DNA of 64,000 nt. It comes from Microcoleaceae cyanobacterium (lineage in GTDB: Bacteria > Cyanobacteriota > Cyanobacteriia > Cyanobacteriales > Microcoleaceae). A program made the position numbers and the translations under genes. The stretch is taken from contig JBOFUV010000130.1 of the NCBI GenBank assembly GCA_051652765.1, positions 1-64,000 on the forward strand, written 5' to 3'. Shown in pieces: positions 10,519 to 20,455 of this stretch (positions are counted from its first letter, which is position 1; the number at the start of each line of letters is the position of its first letter). Under the pieces are notes generated by a model. That model was not told the origin of the DNA, searched no databases, and saw only the letters and a list, made by a program, of their open reading frames with translations.

Positions 10519-12648
10519 CTACGGATACTCCTTGTAGGTAGAACTTCTTGAAATTGGAGACTGGGGCAAGGATCGGCGTTGGGGATCATGACCATTGTTT
10601 TGAGTATTTTGAGATCTAGAAGAGTCCTCAGGAACCAGCAACTCCCGAATCAAACGGGCTGCTGCTCGTTGTGCTAGCTCTCCAGCCACTTGCTGGCCCA
10701 ATTGCTGTACCTCAGGCTTGATCAACAGTGCAGGCACTTTCTGAACCAGAATCAGGGGATCAAAGCCCTCTGTTTCTTGCAAAATTGCTAGAATCCGACG
10801 AATATGTTCCAGGGTGTCATTGTTCTGTTCCTCAGAATGGGTTGAGGTTAAACCCTTGGGTTTGTCGGCTCCCATCCCCATCCACTCCGCAACCCGGAGT
10901 TGAGCTTGAGTCAATAGATTTCGGGAAGCCAGATCAATATTTTTGACTAATTCCCGTCCCAACTGTTCTCGAATAAATTCTCCCCGCTCTGAGAACAGAA
11001 AGTCTAAGCTTTGATCCAGAACCTGATTAATATCGTAATCATCACTGCTACTGGCATTTTTGAGCAAATTCTCTAGACGATTCCAGCGAAAGTCTCCTTC
11101 TTTAAACAGGAGATCCTGCAGAGAGGCTCGCAATTGAGGAGACGGATCGGTCAGAAGCCGTTTGGCAACATAAGGATAAGCTTTGCTGAGTACTTTAAAG
11201 TTGGGATCAACGTTAATCGCAATCCCCTCTAAAGTCACCAAAGACCGAATAATCAGGGCATAGTAAGCGGGAACTCGGAAGGGATATTCGTACATGAGAG
11301 CAGAGAGCTGATCCGTGATACTTTTGAAGTTCAACTCAGCAACACTAGCCCCTAAGGCATTATTAAACACTTCTGACAAGGCAGGAATAATCGGGGTTAG
11401 ATCAACATCCGGTGTTAAGAATTCCAGTTTGACATAATCCTGGGCCAACCCCTCAAAATCTCGATTCACTAAATGCACAACGGCCTCGAGCAACCCATAC
11501 CGTTGGTAAGGTTTAACCTCACTCATCATCCCAAAGTCCAGATACACCAACTTGCCATCGGGACTTGCTAGTAAGTTCCCTGGATGGGGATCAGCGTGGA
11601 AAAATCCATGTTCAAGTAACTGACGCAAAGAACATTGAACCCCCACCTCAATCAAGTAGCGGGCATCGATTCCTTGGGCTGCAATTTTCTCCAAGTTCGT
11701 TAGCTTTGTCCCGGTTATCCATTCCATGGTTAGCACCCGCCGTCCAGTATATTTCCAATAGATTTTAGGAACATAAATGTCGGCTAGATGCCCATAAAGT
11801 TGGTTAAATCGCTCTGCATTTTGACCTTCATGGGTGTAGTCCATCTCCTCAAAGATGCGACTGCCAAACTCATCCATAATGGCAACTAAATCACTACGAA
11901 TTGCCTTAATCCTTTTTTGGGCCAGGACTGCTAAGGTTCGAAGAATGTAGATATCTAGGGCAATCTTCTCAGACAAACCAGGACGCTGTACCTTCACGGC
12001 GACAGCTTCCCCAGTTTTTAACTTGCCTTTATAGACTTGCCCAAGGGATGCGGCTGCAATTGGATCGGCGGAAAGTTCGGCATAAATTTGCTCCGGACGA
12101 CCCCCCAATTCTTCTTCAATAAACTGATAAGCTAACGCATTGGGGAAGGGAGGAAGTTGATCTTGGAGTTTTGTCAACTCCTCAAGGTAAACCGAAGTCA
12201 CTAAATCAGGTCGGGTAGATAGTGCCTGTCCCACCTTAATAAAAGCGGGGCCTAACCGAGTTATGATCTCTCGCAATTGAATCGCCCGTCGGAGTTCACG
12301 TTGACTAGTTTGATTAGCCTGCCCTATTTTGCCATCTAGCCATACCCCTGCCGCGAACGACAAAAATTGCCACAGAACACTAATTAACCGCCCTAGCACT
12401 AGAAAGATGCGAGGACGATAGTGAGCCGCGATCGCCTCCGGATCATAACGGAGAGAGACATCAGATGAGGCGGCCCCATTCAATTCGGGTTCAGAGCTGT
12501 TAACGACATCAGCATCCAGAATCTGAGGCTCAACATCAATTGCTTCAGAGATAGGAACCAGAGAAGACTCAGATTGAGATCTGACAACTGGTATCGGCTG
12601 CTCGGGTTCAAGTGGAGGAGGTAAAGGAGAAACGACTCTGACGCTCAT
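10519..12648 (-). CDS. ABC1/AarF/UbiB family atypical kinase
   Basis: Motifs LGPAFIKVGQALSTRPD, AAASLGQVY, VAVKVQRP, FFHADPHPGN and YLDFGMM. Confidence 0.93.
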   Translation of the reverse strand: MSVRVVSPLPPPLEPEQPIPVVRSQSESSLVPISEAIDVEPQILDADVVNSSEPELNGAASSDVSLRYDPEAIAAHYRPRIFLVLGRLISVLWQFLSFAAGVWLDGKIGQANQTSQRELRRAIQLREIITRLGPAFIKVGQALSTRPDLVTSVYLEELTKLQDQLPPFPNALAYQFIEEELGGRPEQIYAELSADPIAAASLGQVYKGKLKTGEAVAVKVQRPGLSEKIALDIYILRTLAVLAQKRIKAIRSDLVAIMDEFGSRIFEEMDYTHEGQNAERFNQLYGHLADIYVPKIYWKYTGRRVLTMEWITGTKLTNLEKIAAQGIDARYLIEVGVQCSLRQLLEHGFFHADPHPGNLLASPDGKLVYLDFGMMSEVKPYQRYGLLEAVVHLVNRDFEGLAQDYVKLEFLTPDVDLTPIIPALSEVFNNALGASVAELNFKSITDQLSALMYEYPFRVPAYYALIIRSLVTLEGIAINVDPNFKVLSKAYPYVAKRLLTDPSPQLRASLQDLLFKEGDFRWNRLENLLKNASSSDDYDINQVLDQSLDFLFSERGEFIREQLGRELVKNIDLASRNLLTQAQLRVAEWMGMGADKPKGLTSTHSEEQNNDTLEHIRRILAILQETEGFDPLILVQKVPALLIKPEVQQLGQQVAGELAQRAAARLIRELLVPEDSSRSQNTQNNGHDPQRRSLPQSPISRSSTYKEYP

Positions 12649-12684
12649 AGGGCAGGCTGGGGCTGACAACAACAACTGTCAACT

Positions 12685-12702
12685 ATTGTAACAGTATGTT
12701 AA
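12685..12702 (-). promoter_or_regulatory. HLR1-like (RpaB) site upstream of the ABC1 kinase
   Basis: The minus strand reads TTAACATA-CT-GTTACAAT. Confidence 0.55.
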
Positions 12703-12799
12703 ATTTTCCCTGTCTCGGGACGAAGAATCAATAGTTAGAACTGAGGTGAAAACTGCTGTATGCCCTGTTCCAAATCAGTTCCAACTCTCAAGCACTGAT

Positions 12800-13231
12800 T
12801 CAACTCTCATCAGAAACCATTGATTGAGTTAAGCGATGACATAAATTTTGTAGGTAAGTCTGAGTGTTGACGGGTAAGCGAGGCTGAGGCATTTCTAGAT
12901 TGGGCCAAGTGGGTAAATCAGCACAGGGACAGCAGGGGCTCGGTAAACCGTGAACAGGCATAGGCACAGGCATAGCACATCGAGAACAGGTCTCAATATC
13001 CCAACTGAGCGTTAACAACTCAGCAATGGTCTGAGTGGTTCCTTCCAGATAACAATCCCCGGAACTTGAAGCCAGCAGTTCTTGCCAACACTCCTCAAAT
13101 GCTCTGCTATAGCGATCGCCCTCAATTACAGGTTGAGGCTGCCGAAATTCTGCGCCGTTATGCAGGACGACTCGCTTCCCCAGTTGAAACCAGTGTGCAA
13201 GATAGTGTTGAACCTGATGATGAGAGGCCAT
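12800..13231 (-). CDS. Conserved cyanobacterial hypothetical protein, Cys-rich
   Basis: YLAHWFQLGKRV...CYLEGTTQTI...CSRCAMP...CPCADLPTWPN. Confidence 0.8.
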   Translation of the reverse strand: MASHHQVQHYLAHWFQLGKRVVLHNGAEFRQPQPVIEGDRYSRAFEECWQELLASSSGDCYLEGTTQTIAELLTLSWDIETCSRCAMPVPMPVHGLPSPCCPCADLPTWPNLEMPQPRLPVNTQTYLQNLCHRLTQSMVSDES

Positions 13232-13454
13232 AGTGACTCAAAAAACCATAAACGTTACATTTTAGCTCAGCAGAGATTGGGGACAGACCTTCTGGGAAGA
13301 GGAGTGAGCACCTTGTCCACGTAGGCTAGAAGCCTGCGCCATAGACATCTTAAGACATTTTAAGATACCTTATAAATTATTGTCGATCCCTAAGGATCAG
13401 ATCCCTGAAGACTACGATTGTTAAACTGGCCAATCACCACAATTACCAACCTGT

Positions 13455-14372
13455 TTGGACATGAGGGAAATGAATGCTACCTTGCCATCTTGGATCGTTC
13501 TCGATCCCCTGATTCGACAATGGCTTTTGGAAGATATTGGTCGGGGCGATCGCACGACGGCGGGTTTGCAGCTTAACCAAGACTCAGTGGGTTCTGCCCA
13601 TTGGTTGGTGAAGGAAGCGGGAGTTGTGGCAGGTTTGCCGATTGCCACTCGCGTGTTTCATCTGTTAGACCCTCGGACTCGATTTCAGCCGCTGGTTTCT
13701 GAGGGACAATTTTGCCAACCGGGCGATCTAATTGCTCAACTTCAGGGTTCTCTAGAAGCGCTGTTAACAGGAGAACGAGTTGCTTTGAACCTAGCCATGC
13801 GATTGAGCGGGATTGCTAGCTTAACCCGTCAGTACGTCGAAGCAATCACGGATTTTCCAGTTCAACTGGTCGATACTCGCAAAACAACCCCCGGTTTGAG
13901 ACTGTTAGAAAAGTATGCAACTCAAGTTGGAGGAGCCAAGAATCATCGCATGGGACTAGACGATGCAGTGATGATCAAAGACAATCATATTGCAGCAGTC
14001 GGGGGAATTGCCGCTGCTGTGACTCGAGTACGGGCGACGATGCCATACCCGCTCACAGTTGAAGTGGAAACAGAAACTCTAGACCAAGTTCAGGCCGCGC
14101 TAGAGCAGGAAGTAGACATGATTATGCTGGATAATATGCCCTGTGACATCATGAAGCGGGCTGTTGCTAAGATTCGTCAACATGATCCTCGAATTAAAGT
14201 TGAAGCCTCTGGAAACGTTACTCTAGAAACGATTCGTAATATTGCTGAAACCGGGGTGAACTATATTTCAACTAGCGCTCCAATTACTCGCTCAACCTGG
14301 CTGGATCTGAGTATGCGCTTTGACACCGGAGAACTAGCTGGTCATGAGAGAGGGCAAGTTAAGATTGTCTGA
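13455..14372 (+). CDS. nadC: Nicotinate-nucleotide pyrophosphorylase (quinolinate phosphoribosyltransferase); start may be ATG 13470
   Basis: Motifs EDIGRGDRTT, ERVALNL, DTRKTTPGLR, HRMGLDDAVMIKDNH and EASGN. Confidence 0.96.
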   Translation: MDMREMNATLPSWIVLDPLIRQWLLEDIGRGDRTTAGLQLNQDSVGSAHWLVKEAGVVAGLPIATRVFHLLDPRTRFQPLVSEGQFCQPGDLIAQLQGSLEALLTGERVALNLAMRLSGIASLTRQYVEAITDFPVQLVDTRKTTPGLRLLEKYATQVGGAKNHRMGLDDAVMIKDNHIAAVGGIAAAVTRVRATMPYPLTVEVETETLDQVQAALEQEVDMIMLDNMPCDIMKRAVAKIRQHDPRIKVEASGNVTLETIRNIAETGVNYISTSAPITRSTWLDLSMRFDTGELAGHERGQVKIV

Positions 14373-15560
14373 TCGAATCAAACGATTTGCACTTGGGTCG
14401 ATATATTCCAGAAACAGGCTCAGGGTTTCTGGCTTGATCCAGTCGTAGGCAACTGCGACTTCTCCAAACCGCAATCCGTTCTCCCGTTGACTCTCCAAGA
14501 TCATACTAATTTGCTCATCATTCAGCAAGGCTGCTGACTTGAGATAATGACCAATAGGTTTCTTGTGACGCTCGATCGCAAAACTGGGGAATTGGTCTGC
14601 AAAAAAGTCAACTGTTTCTGGCTTGAGCCAACCCTGCTGGGCCTGAATCGCACCAAACCGTAAGTGACGATGTTGAGCTTGTACCTTCAAAATCAGTTCA
14701 ACCTGAGCGGCTGTGAGCAAACCTGCCTGTTGCAGAATCTCCCCAATGGGTTGATAGACTGGCAGCCCTGGAATAATAAAGTCATCCTGCTGGTTCAGAG
14801 AAAGATCGTACCTTAAAATCTGCTGCAACGCCAACCACATAAACGGAGGAATTGTTCGACTGTAACGACCCCAAAGCCGCTTGGGTTCTTGTACTAACCG
14901 ATAGAACCACTCCAAGCCTGCTTGCCGTACCCAGACAGGTGCCCAGCTCTTAAATCCTGCATAGACTTGAAAAACTGCTCCCACCCCAATCATGACCGCA
15001 TTAATTCTGTCCCGATGCTGAGCGATAAATCGTTCTTGCTTGGGACAACCCAAGGAAACAAAAACAACCCCAGCACCGCTATCGTTAATCTGTTGAACAA
15101 TTTGCTCATCTTCTTCAGGAGTCAGTTCCCTAAAAGGTAAATCTTGCAGGCCAGCTATGGCAAGGTCTGGAAAGTCAAGGTTTAATTTCTGTTTAATAGA
15201 TTCTAGAACAGTCGCCTCTGAGCCCAGGAAGAATAAACTGACATCGTAGTAGGGTGCAAGCTGGCACAGACGTAGCAGAATATCCATCCCAGCTACCCGA
15301 TCCTGAGGAATCCCCATACGCTTTAGCATCCAGACTAAAGGCATTCCATCTGGGGTAACAATATCTGCTTCACTAAGAACCTGATTGAACCCTTGATCCC
15401 AGTAGGCTTCCATCACCATATGAACATTGGCTACACAAACTGTGCGACTTTCACGGCGACTTGCCCATCTCAAGATCGCACGCATCTGATCTTCAAACCG
15501 CAGCGTAGTAATCGCAGAGTCTATAACCTTCTTACTGGGCAGATAAGCTGAGATGCACAT
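14334..15560 (-). CDS. WecB/TagA/CpsF family (GT26) glycosyltransferase with C-terminal tandem MshEN-like repeats
   Basis: Motifs ANVHMVMEA, TPDGMPLVW, RVAGMD, VSLGCPKQE and GLEWFYRLVQEPKRLWGRY, followed by an extra domain of about 120 aa. Confidence 0.9.
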   Translation of the reverse strand: MCISAYLPSKKVIDSAITTLRFEDQMRAILRWASRRESRTVCVANVHMVMEAYWDQGFNQVLSEADIVTPDGMPLVWMLKRMGIPQDRVAGMDILLRLCQLAPYYDVSLFFLGSEATVLESIKQKLNLDFPDLAIAGLQDLPFRELTPEEDEQIVQQINDSGAGVVFVSLGCPKQERFIAQHRDRINAVMIGVGAVFQVYAGFKSWAPVWVRQAGLEWFYRLVQEPKRLWGRYSRTIPPFMWLALQQILRYDLSLNQQDDFIIPGLPVYQPIGEILQQAGLLTAAQVELILKVQAQHRHLRFGAIQAQQGWLKPETVDFFADQFPSFAIERHKKPIGHYLKSAALLNDEQISMILESQRENGLRFGEVAVAYDWIKPETLSLFLEYIDPSANRLIRSDNLNLPSLMTS

Positions 15561-16264
15561 ACTAAACCCCCAACACCTGAATGATGAAAGAAAGAAATAT
15601 CACAAAAAGTATAAGTAGCTAACTAGAAGAGAGCAGAAAAAGCACTATAAAACCCTTAGCTGATGGCGCAAGTAGAGACCGTAAAGCTACCAAACCAAGA
15701 CCGTATTAGCAAACTAATCATGGAAAATGAATGCTAATGCGATCAAGCATAGCCTCTACTTCATAACACTCCCATAAACCCTTAACCATTATTAACATGG
15801 GTGCTAAAAACTGTAAAGTACTGAGTAGTATTGCAAAGTATTAGATAGGATTGCAATGATTGTCCCAAAGAAGCATTAAACTCAATAGGAATAATTGGCT
15901 AAACTTAACTTGTGCTGGAAATTGTGCTGATTTCCAACCGATACTGTAGTTTTTAGGCAACAATTTGAGACTGGTAGCGAAGTATATCCTGGTGGGCTTG
16001 ATTAGAGTGTAGCTTGTTGAACAATTTCGCTGTAACTAAATGCTTGAATTCTAACTTCAATAATTTTGTAGAGATTTTGAAGACCAAACAGAGAATCTGA
16101 AAGAATAAGGGCACAGTAACGACTTGACTGCGTCTACCGTACCCGTTTTGAACAGTGCCTTGACACTGACCATGAGGAAGCGTGTACTTTGTTGTAGGAG
16201 GCTCAAAGCTAGTTTTCGCAGAAAGTTTCCCAAAGATTCACCTCTCATTGCCTGAGATCAATCC

Positions 16265-19213
16265 TTAAAAATTGCCTGCTAGGGCTGGGACACAGCGTTC
16301 ACAGAGGGTTGGGTCTTCTGCAAACTCACCGATATGAACTGAATAGTTCCAGCAGCGTTCACACTTCTTGCCCTCCGCCTTGACCACACCAACCCCCAGT
16401 GCTTCCGACTCCGAACAGTATTCCAAGCCTTTCAAGGATTCGGGAGTTTCCAAAAGTTCGACTTGAGACGCAATAAATAGATAGCGCAGTTCATCAACCC
16501 CATGTTGGTGATCCAGGTCTAAAGTTGACGGATTCAAAGTTTCTAACTGCTGGCGTAACCGTTCATCAGCCAGGTACAGCAGCACCTTGGCCTCTAGAGA
16601 TGCCCCAATCATTTTGTGCTGGCGCGCTTTCTCCAGAACTGAGTTGACTTCGGCTCGAATATCACGTAGCTTTTGCCAGAACTGAGCGAGTTCCGGTTGA
16701 TGCCATTGAGCATCCAACTTTACCCAACCTGACTGAAACACTGAGAGATAGGGAGTTGCATAGGGTAGGTTCTGCCAAATGTCTTCTGCGGTATGACAAA
16801 GAACGGGAGCCATTACCTTGGCCAAACTTTCCAAGGCAATCTGCATCACAGTTTGACAGCTACGCCGCCGGAACGCATTCGGAGCGCTAATATACAACCG
16901 ATCCTTGGCAATATCCAGATAGAAACTGGACAAATCAATCACGCAGAAATTCTGTAAGGTTTGGAAGAACCGGAAAAATTGATACGTTTCAAAGGCATCA
17001 GTAATTTCTGCAAACACCTCCGTCATCCGATGCAGCATGTATTTGTCCAGATCAGGCAGTTTTTCGTAGGAAATAGCATCCTTTTGGGGATCAAAATCGT
17101 GCAAATTTCCCAACAAATATCGAGCAGTATTCCGAATTTTCCCACGAATATCTGTTAACTGATCCAGAATACTCTTACTCATGGGAACATCAGAAGAATA
17201 GTCTACAGAAGAAACCCAAAGTCTCAGAATATCAACGCCATAAGCTGCAAAAGTTTCACTTTTTTCCTTCCCGGTTCCCAAATCTTTGATTTTGGCAGTT
17301 CCACCTCCAATGATCACCGTGGGGTCAATGGCGTTACCCATAGATTTACTCATCTTTTGACCCTTTTCATCCAAAATAAATCCATGGGTTAAAACCTGAC
17401 GATAAGGAGCATAACCATGACAAGCCACACTAGTTAATAAGCTGGATTGAAACCAACCGCGATGTTGATCAGATCCTTCCAAATAGATATCAACTGGATA
17501 GTTCAATTCCTGCCGCTGATTGGCCACCGCTGCCCAAGAAGATCCTGAATCAAACCAAACATCCATTGTGTCAGTTCCTTTGCGGTAAGCATGACCATTA
17601 TTTCGGTATTTCTCCGGTAGTAATTCCTCAACTTCAAGTTCCCACCAGGCATCAGATCCTTGCTCTGCAAAAATGTTCTGAACGTGAGTAATGGTCTCTT
17701 CATTTAACAGGGGTTCATTCGTGACTTCATCATAGAAAACAGGGATGGGCACACCCCAACTGCGCTGGCGAGAAATGCACCAATCTGAGCGTTCAGCAAC
17801 CATTGAAGTGATCCGATTTTCTCCTTGGGCAGGAATCCATTGAACGGATTGAATTGCGTTTAATGCGGCATCTCGGAAACCTTCTACGGAAGCAAACCAT
17901 TGTTCTGTTGCCCGAAAAATAGTGGGTTTTTTGGTTCGCCAATCGTAGGGATATTTGTGTGGATAGGGTTCCTGTTTGACTAAAGATCCTGCCGTTTTCA
18001 ATGCAGCAATCACAGCCTCGTTAGCGTCTTTTAGGACATTTAACCCGGCAAATTCTCCTGCTTCTTCTGTAAAGTTGCCATTCTCATCCACAGGACAGAG
18101 CACAGGTAAACCGTACCGTTGACCAACAATAAAGTCTTCTTGACCATGACCGGGAGCCGTATGAACTAAACCCGTACCAGATTCAGTCGTGACATAATCG
18201 CCCCCAATCACCACTGGACTTTCTCGATCAAACAGGGGGTGTTTATAGGTGGAATGTTCTAGATCTTTGCCCTTGATAGTTGCTTTGACAGTTAAGGTTC
18301 GGCCAAAGGTAACAGACAGTTTTTCAACCAAATCTTGGGCAACAATTAAGTATTTAAAGGGTAAATCCTGACCTGAAATGATAGGTTCAGTCTGGGTTTC
18401 AGTTTGAACTTCAACAACGGCATAACTCAAGCTTGGGTTCACAGCCACTGCCAGATTCCCTGGAATTGTCCAAGGGGTTGTTGTCCAGATGGTTATCCCC
18501 AAATCTGGCAAAAATGGCCCTAAATTCTGCCCTGATTCAGCCAGACTCGTCATCGGAAATGCAGCATAGATACTCGGTGAAACATGGCCTTCTGGGTATT
18601 CCAGTTCGGCTTCGGCTAGGGCAGTCTTGGAACTGGGACTCCAATGTACAGGCTTGAAGCCCCGATAAATGTAACCCTTCAAGACCATCTGGCCAAACAC
18701 CCCAATTTGGGCCGCTTCGTACTCGGGTTGTAGCGTTAAGTAAGGATGATCCCAATCTCCCCAAACGGCATACTGCTTGAAAGAGTTGCGCTGTTTATCA
18801 ACAGTTTCCAGGGCAAAGGCTTTGGCCTTGCGTCGCAGATCTAGGGCCGTTAAACTTTGCCGTTCTGACTGTTTCATGTTTTGCAGGACTTTCAGTTCAA
18901 TCGGCAAACCATGACAGTCCCACCCTGGAACATAACGCACCTTGCGCCCTTGCAACATCTGGTAACGATTGATGATGTCCTTGAGAATTTTATTCAGGGC
19001 GTGGCCAGTGTGGAGATCCCCATTGGCATAGGGAGGGCCATCATGCAGAATAAAAACCTCCCCTGGGTTCTCCTGTGACAGCCGTTCATAAATTTTGTGC
19101 TCGGCCCAGAACTGTTGTAGCTCCGGCTCCCGTTTCGCGGCATTTGCCCGCATATCAAACGTTGTCTGGGGCAAGTTAACCGTATCTTTATAGGACTTCT
19201 TCGCGTTCGTCAC
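16265..19213 (-). CDS. ileS: Isoleucine-tRNA ligase (type 1)
   Basis: HDGPPYANGDLHTGH, GWDCHGLPIE, WTTTPWT, KMSKS and a C-terminal Zn finger CERCW...LCERC. Confidence 0.97.
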   Translation of the reverse strand: MTNAKKSYKDTVNLPQTTFDMRANAAKREPELQQFWAEHKIYERLSQENPGEVFILHDGPPYANGDLHTGHALNKILKDIINRYQMLQGRKVRYVPGWDCHGLPIELKVLQNMKQSERQSLTALDLRRKAKAFALETVDKQRNSFKQYAVWGDWDHPYLTLQPEYEAAQIGVFGQMVLKGYIYRGFKPVHWSPSSKTALAEAELEYPEGHVSPSIYAAFPMTSLAESGQNLGPFLPDLGITIWTTTPWTIPGNLAVAVNPSLSYAVVEVQTETQTEPIISGQDLPFKYLIVAQDLVEKLSVTFGRTLTVKATIKGKDLEHSTYKHPLFDRESPVVIGGDYVTTESGTGLVHTAPGHGQEDFIVGQRYGLPVLCPVDENGNFTEEAGEFAGLNVLKDANEAVIAALKTAGSLVKQEPYPHKYPYDWRTKKPTIFRATEQWFASVEGFRDAALNAIQSVQWIPAQGENRITSMVAERSDWCISRQRSWGVPIPVFYDEVTNEPLLNEETITHVQNIFAEQGSDAWWELEVEELLPEKYRNNGHAYRKGTDTMDVWFDSGSSWAAVANQRQELNYPVDIYLEGSDQHRGWFQSSLLTSVACHGYAPYRQVLTHGFILDEKGQKMSKSMGNAIDPTVIIGGGTAKIKDLGTGKEKSETFAAYGVDILRLWVSSVDYSSDVPMSKSILDQLTDIRGKIRNTARYLLGNLHDFDPQKDAISYEKLPDLDKYMLHRMTEVFAEITDAFETYQFFRFFQTLQNFCVIDLSSFYLDIAKDRLYISAPNAFRRRSCQTVMQIALESLAKVMAPVLCHTAEDIWQNLPYATPYLSVFQSGWVKLDAQWHQPELAQFWQKLRDIRAEVNSVLEKARQHKMIGASLEAKVLLYLADERLRQQLETLNPSTLDLDHQHGVDELRYLFIASQVELLETPESLKGLEYCSESEALGVGVVKAEGKKCERCWNYSVHIGEFAEDPTLCERCVPALAGNF

Positions 19214-19320
19214 AGCAAGTTCCCAAACAATTATTCAGAGGTGGTTTAGTGGATCATTCTAACCTGTCAACACAGAGAGAATAAACTTCTTATAATGTTC
19301 CTCCAGCTTGGCCACTTCAA

Positions 19321-19659
19321 CTATCCTGGAGAAAATTGCAACGGTTGATTTTCAACAATTGATTTCACTGCTTCACATTGAACTAGGGCATAAATCCCGT
19401 TAACAGAAATTTCTACAGGAATTGTGCCCAACACGTTTGGATGGTCTGCAAGCAACTCTCCCTGGTGTTGCTGCAGGGTTCCCCGAATTTGATTGAGCGA
19501 AATTTCGGCCTGTTGACGCACCTCTTGGGGCAACCGACGTTTCCCATCATTTTCGCTGATTTTCAAGAAGATAATCACTTGAAGGCGAGCCTGAGGGTTC
19601 AAACTGGCCAATCGAGCCACAAAGGGAGGGCTAATTTTTGCAGCATTAGGCTGAGGCAT
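19321..19659 (-). CDS. Hypothetical protein, possibly a stand-alone protease-propeptide-like fold
   Basis: Open frame co-oriented with hpsU and ileS. Start placed at MPQPNAAK; the ORF track extends it to 19767. Confidence 0.65.
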   Translation of the reverse strand: MPQPNAAKISPPFVARLASLNPQARLQVIIFLKISENDGKRRLPQEVRQQAEISLNQIRGTLQQHQGELLADHPNVLGTIPVEISVNGIYALVQCEAVKSIVENQPLQFSPG

Positions 19660-19766
19660 CGTTGCACCTTTTGAACAGCTTTCTACCTTCAACGCTATCA
19701 CTTGAGGAGAGGGCGCGATCGCTGGAGTTCCCTGAAGTTTGAAGATGAGTTCTAGGATCTGAATCA

Positions 19767-20336
19767 TTACCCTTTAGGCTGCATCTGGCGAGCATAGCGA
19801 GGGAGACAAGGGGTTCCCAAACAAACCTGGCCTGCGGGCATATTACTGAAGACGCTGCTGCGAGCCCCAATCACTGCATTTGCTCCAATTTCAATTCCTG
19901 GGGCAATGAAACAATCTGCGGCAACCCAAACCCCATCCTGAATTACAATTGGAGCCGTCTTTAACCTGAAAGCCGGATCGTTGATGTCATGACTTCCCGT
20001 GCAGAGATAACTGTTTTGAGAAATTATACAATGCTGGCCAATGATAACTTGATCTAAACTGTACAGGACAACATCATCTCCAATCCAACTGTAATCCCCA
20101 ATCGTCACTTTCCAAGGATAGGTGAATCGGGCCGTGGGGCGAATCAAAACCCCCTGGCCAATCTGTGCGCCGAACCGTCTGAGCAACCAGCATCGTAGCC
20201 CACTGGCAGAATGCAAAGTCAAGGGAAAAGTTACGGCCTGCACCCACCACCACACCAAAATTAACCATCCCGGTCGTCCTCGATCAAACCAAGATTGGTC
20301 GTATTGGCGGAGATCAACCCAAGCATCATTGGTCAT
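19767..20336 (-). CDS. hpsU: WcaF-like acetyltransferase (hormogonium polysaccharide biosynthesis HpsU)
   Basis: VDLRQYDQSWFDRGR N-terminus, RFTYPWKVTIGD, hexapeptide repeats and LCTGSHD. Confidence 0.8.
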   Translation of the reverse strand: MTNDAWVDLRQYDQSWFDRGRPGWLILVWWWVQAVTFPLTLHSASGLRCWLLRRFGAQIGQGVLIRPTARFTYPWKVTIGDYSWIGDDVVLYSLDQVIIGQHCIISQNSYLCTGSHDINDPAFRLKTAPIVIQDGVWVAADCFIAPGIEIGANAVIGARSSVFSNMPAGQVCLGTPCLPRYARQMQPKG

Positions 20337-20455
20337 CAGTTGAGAAAATTAAAGGATGTTGCGCTTTGCTAGATTTCGAGACATTTTGCAGGCTAACGTC
20401 CAGCAACTTTTTTTTGCAAACCACTACTGATTCTAAGCTGATTCAGTCTATCTGA

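Noticed and set aside
16057..16248. 63-aa ORF with faint resemblance to an ISAs1 transposase C-terminus (LRKLALSLLQQ), or a riboswitch upstream of the GT26 gene
   Set aside because: The similarity is too short, there are no IS ends, and the conserved c-di-GMP and c-di-AMP riboswitch cores are absent.
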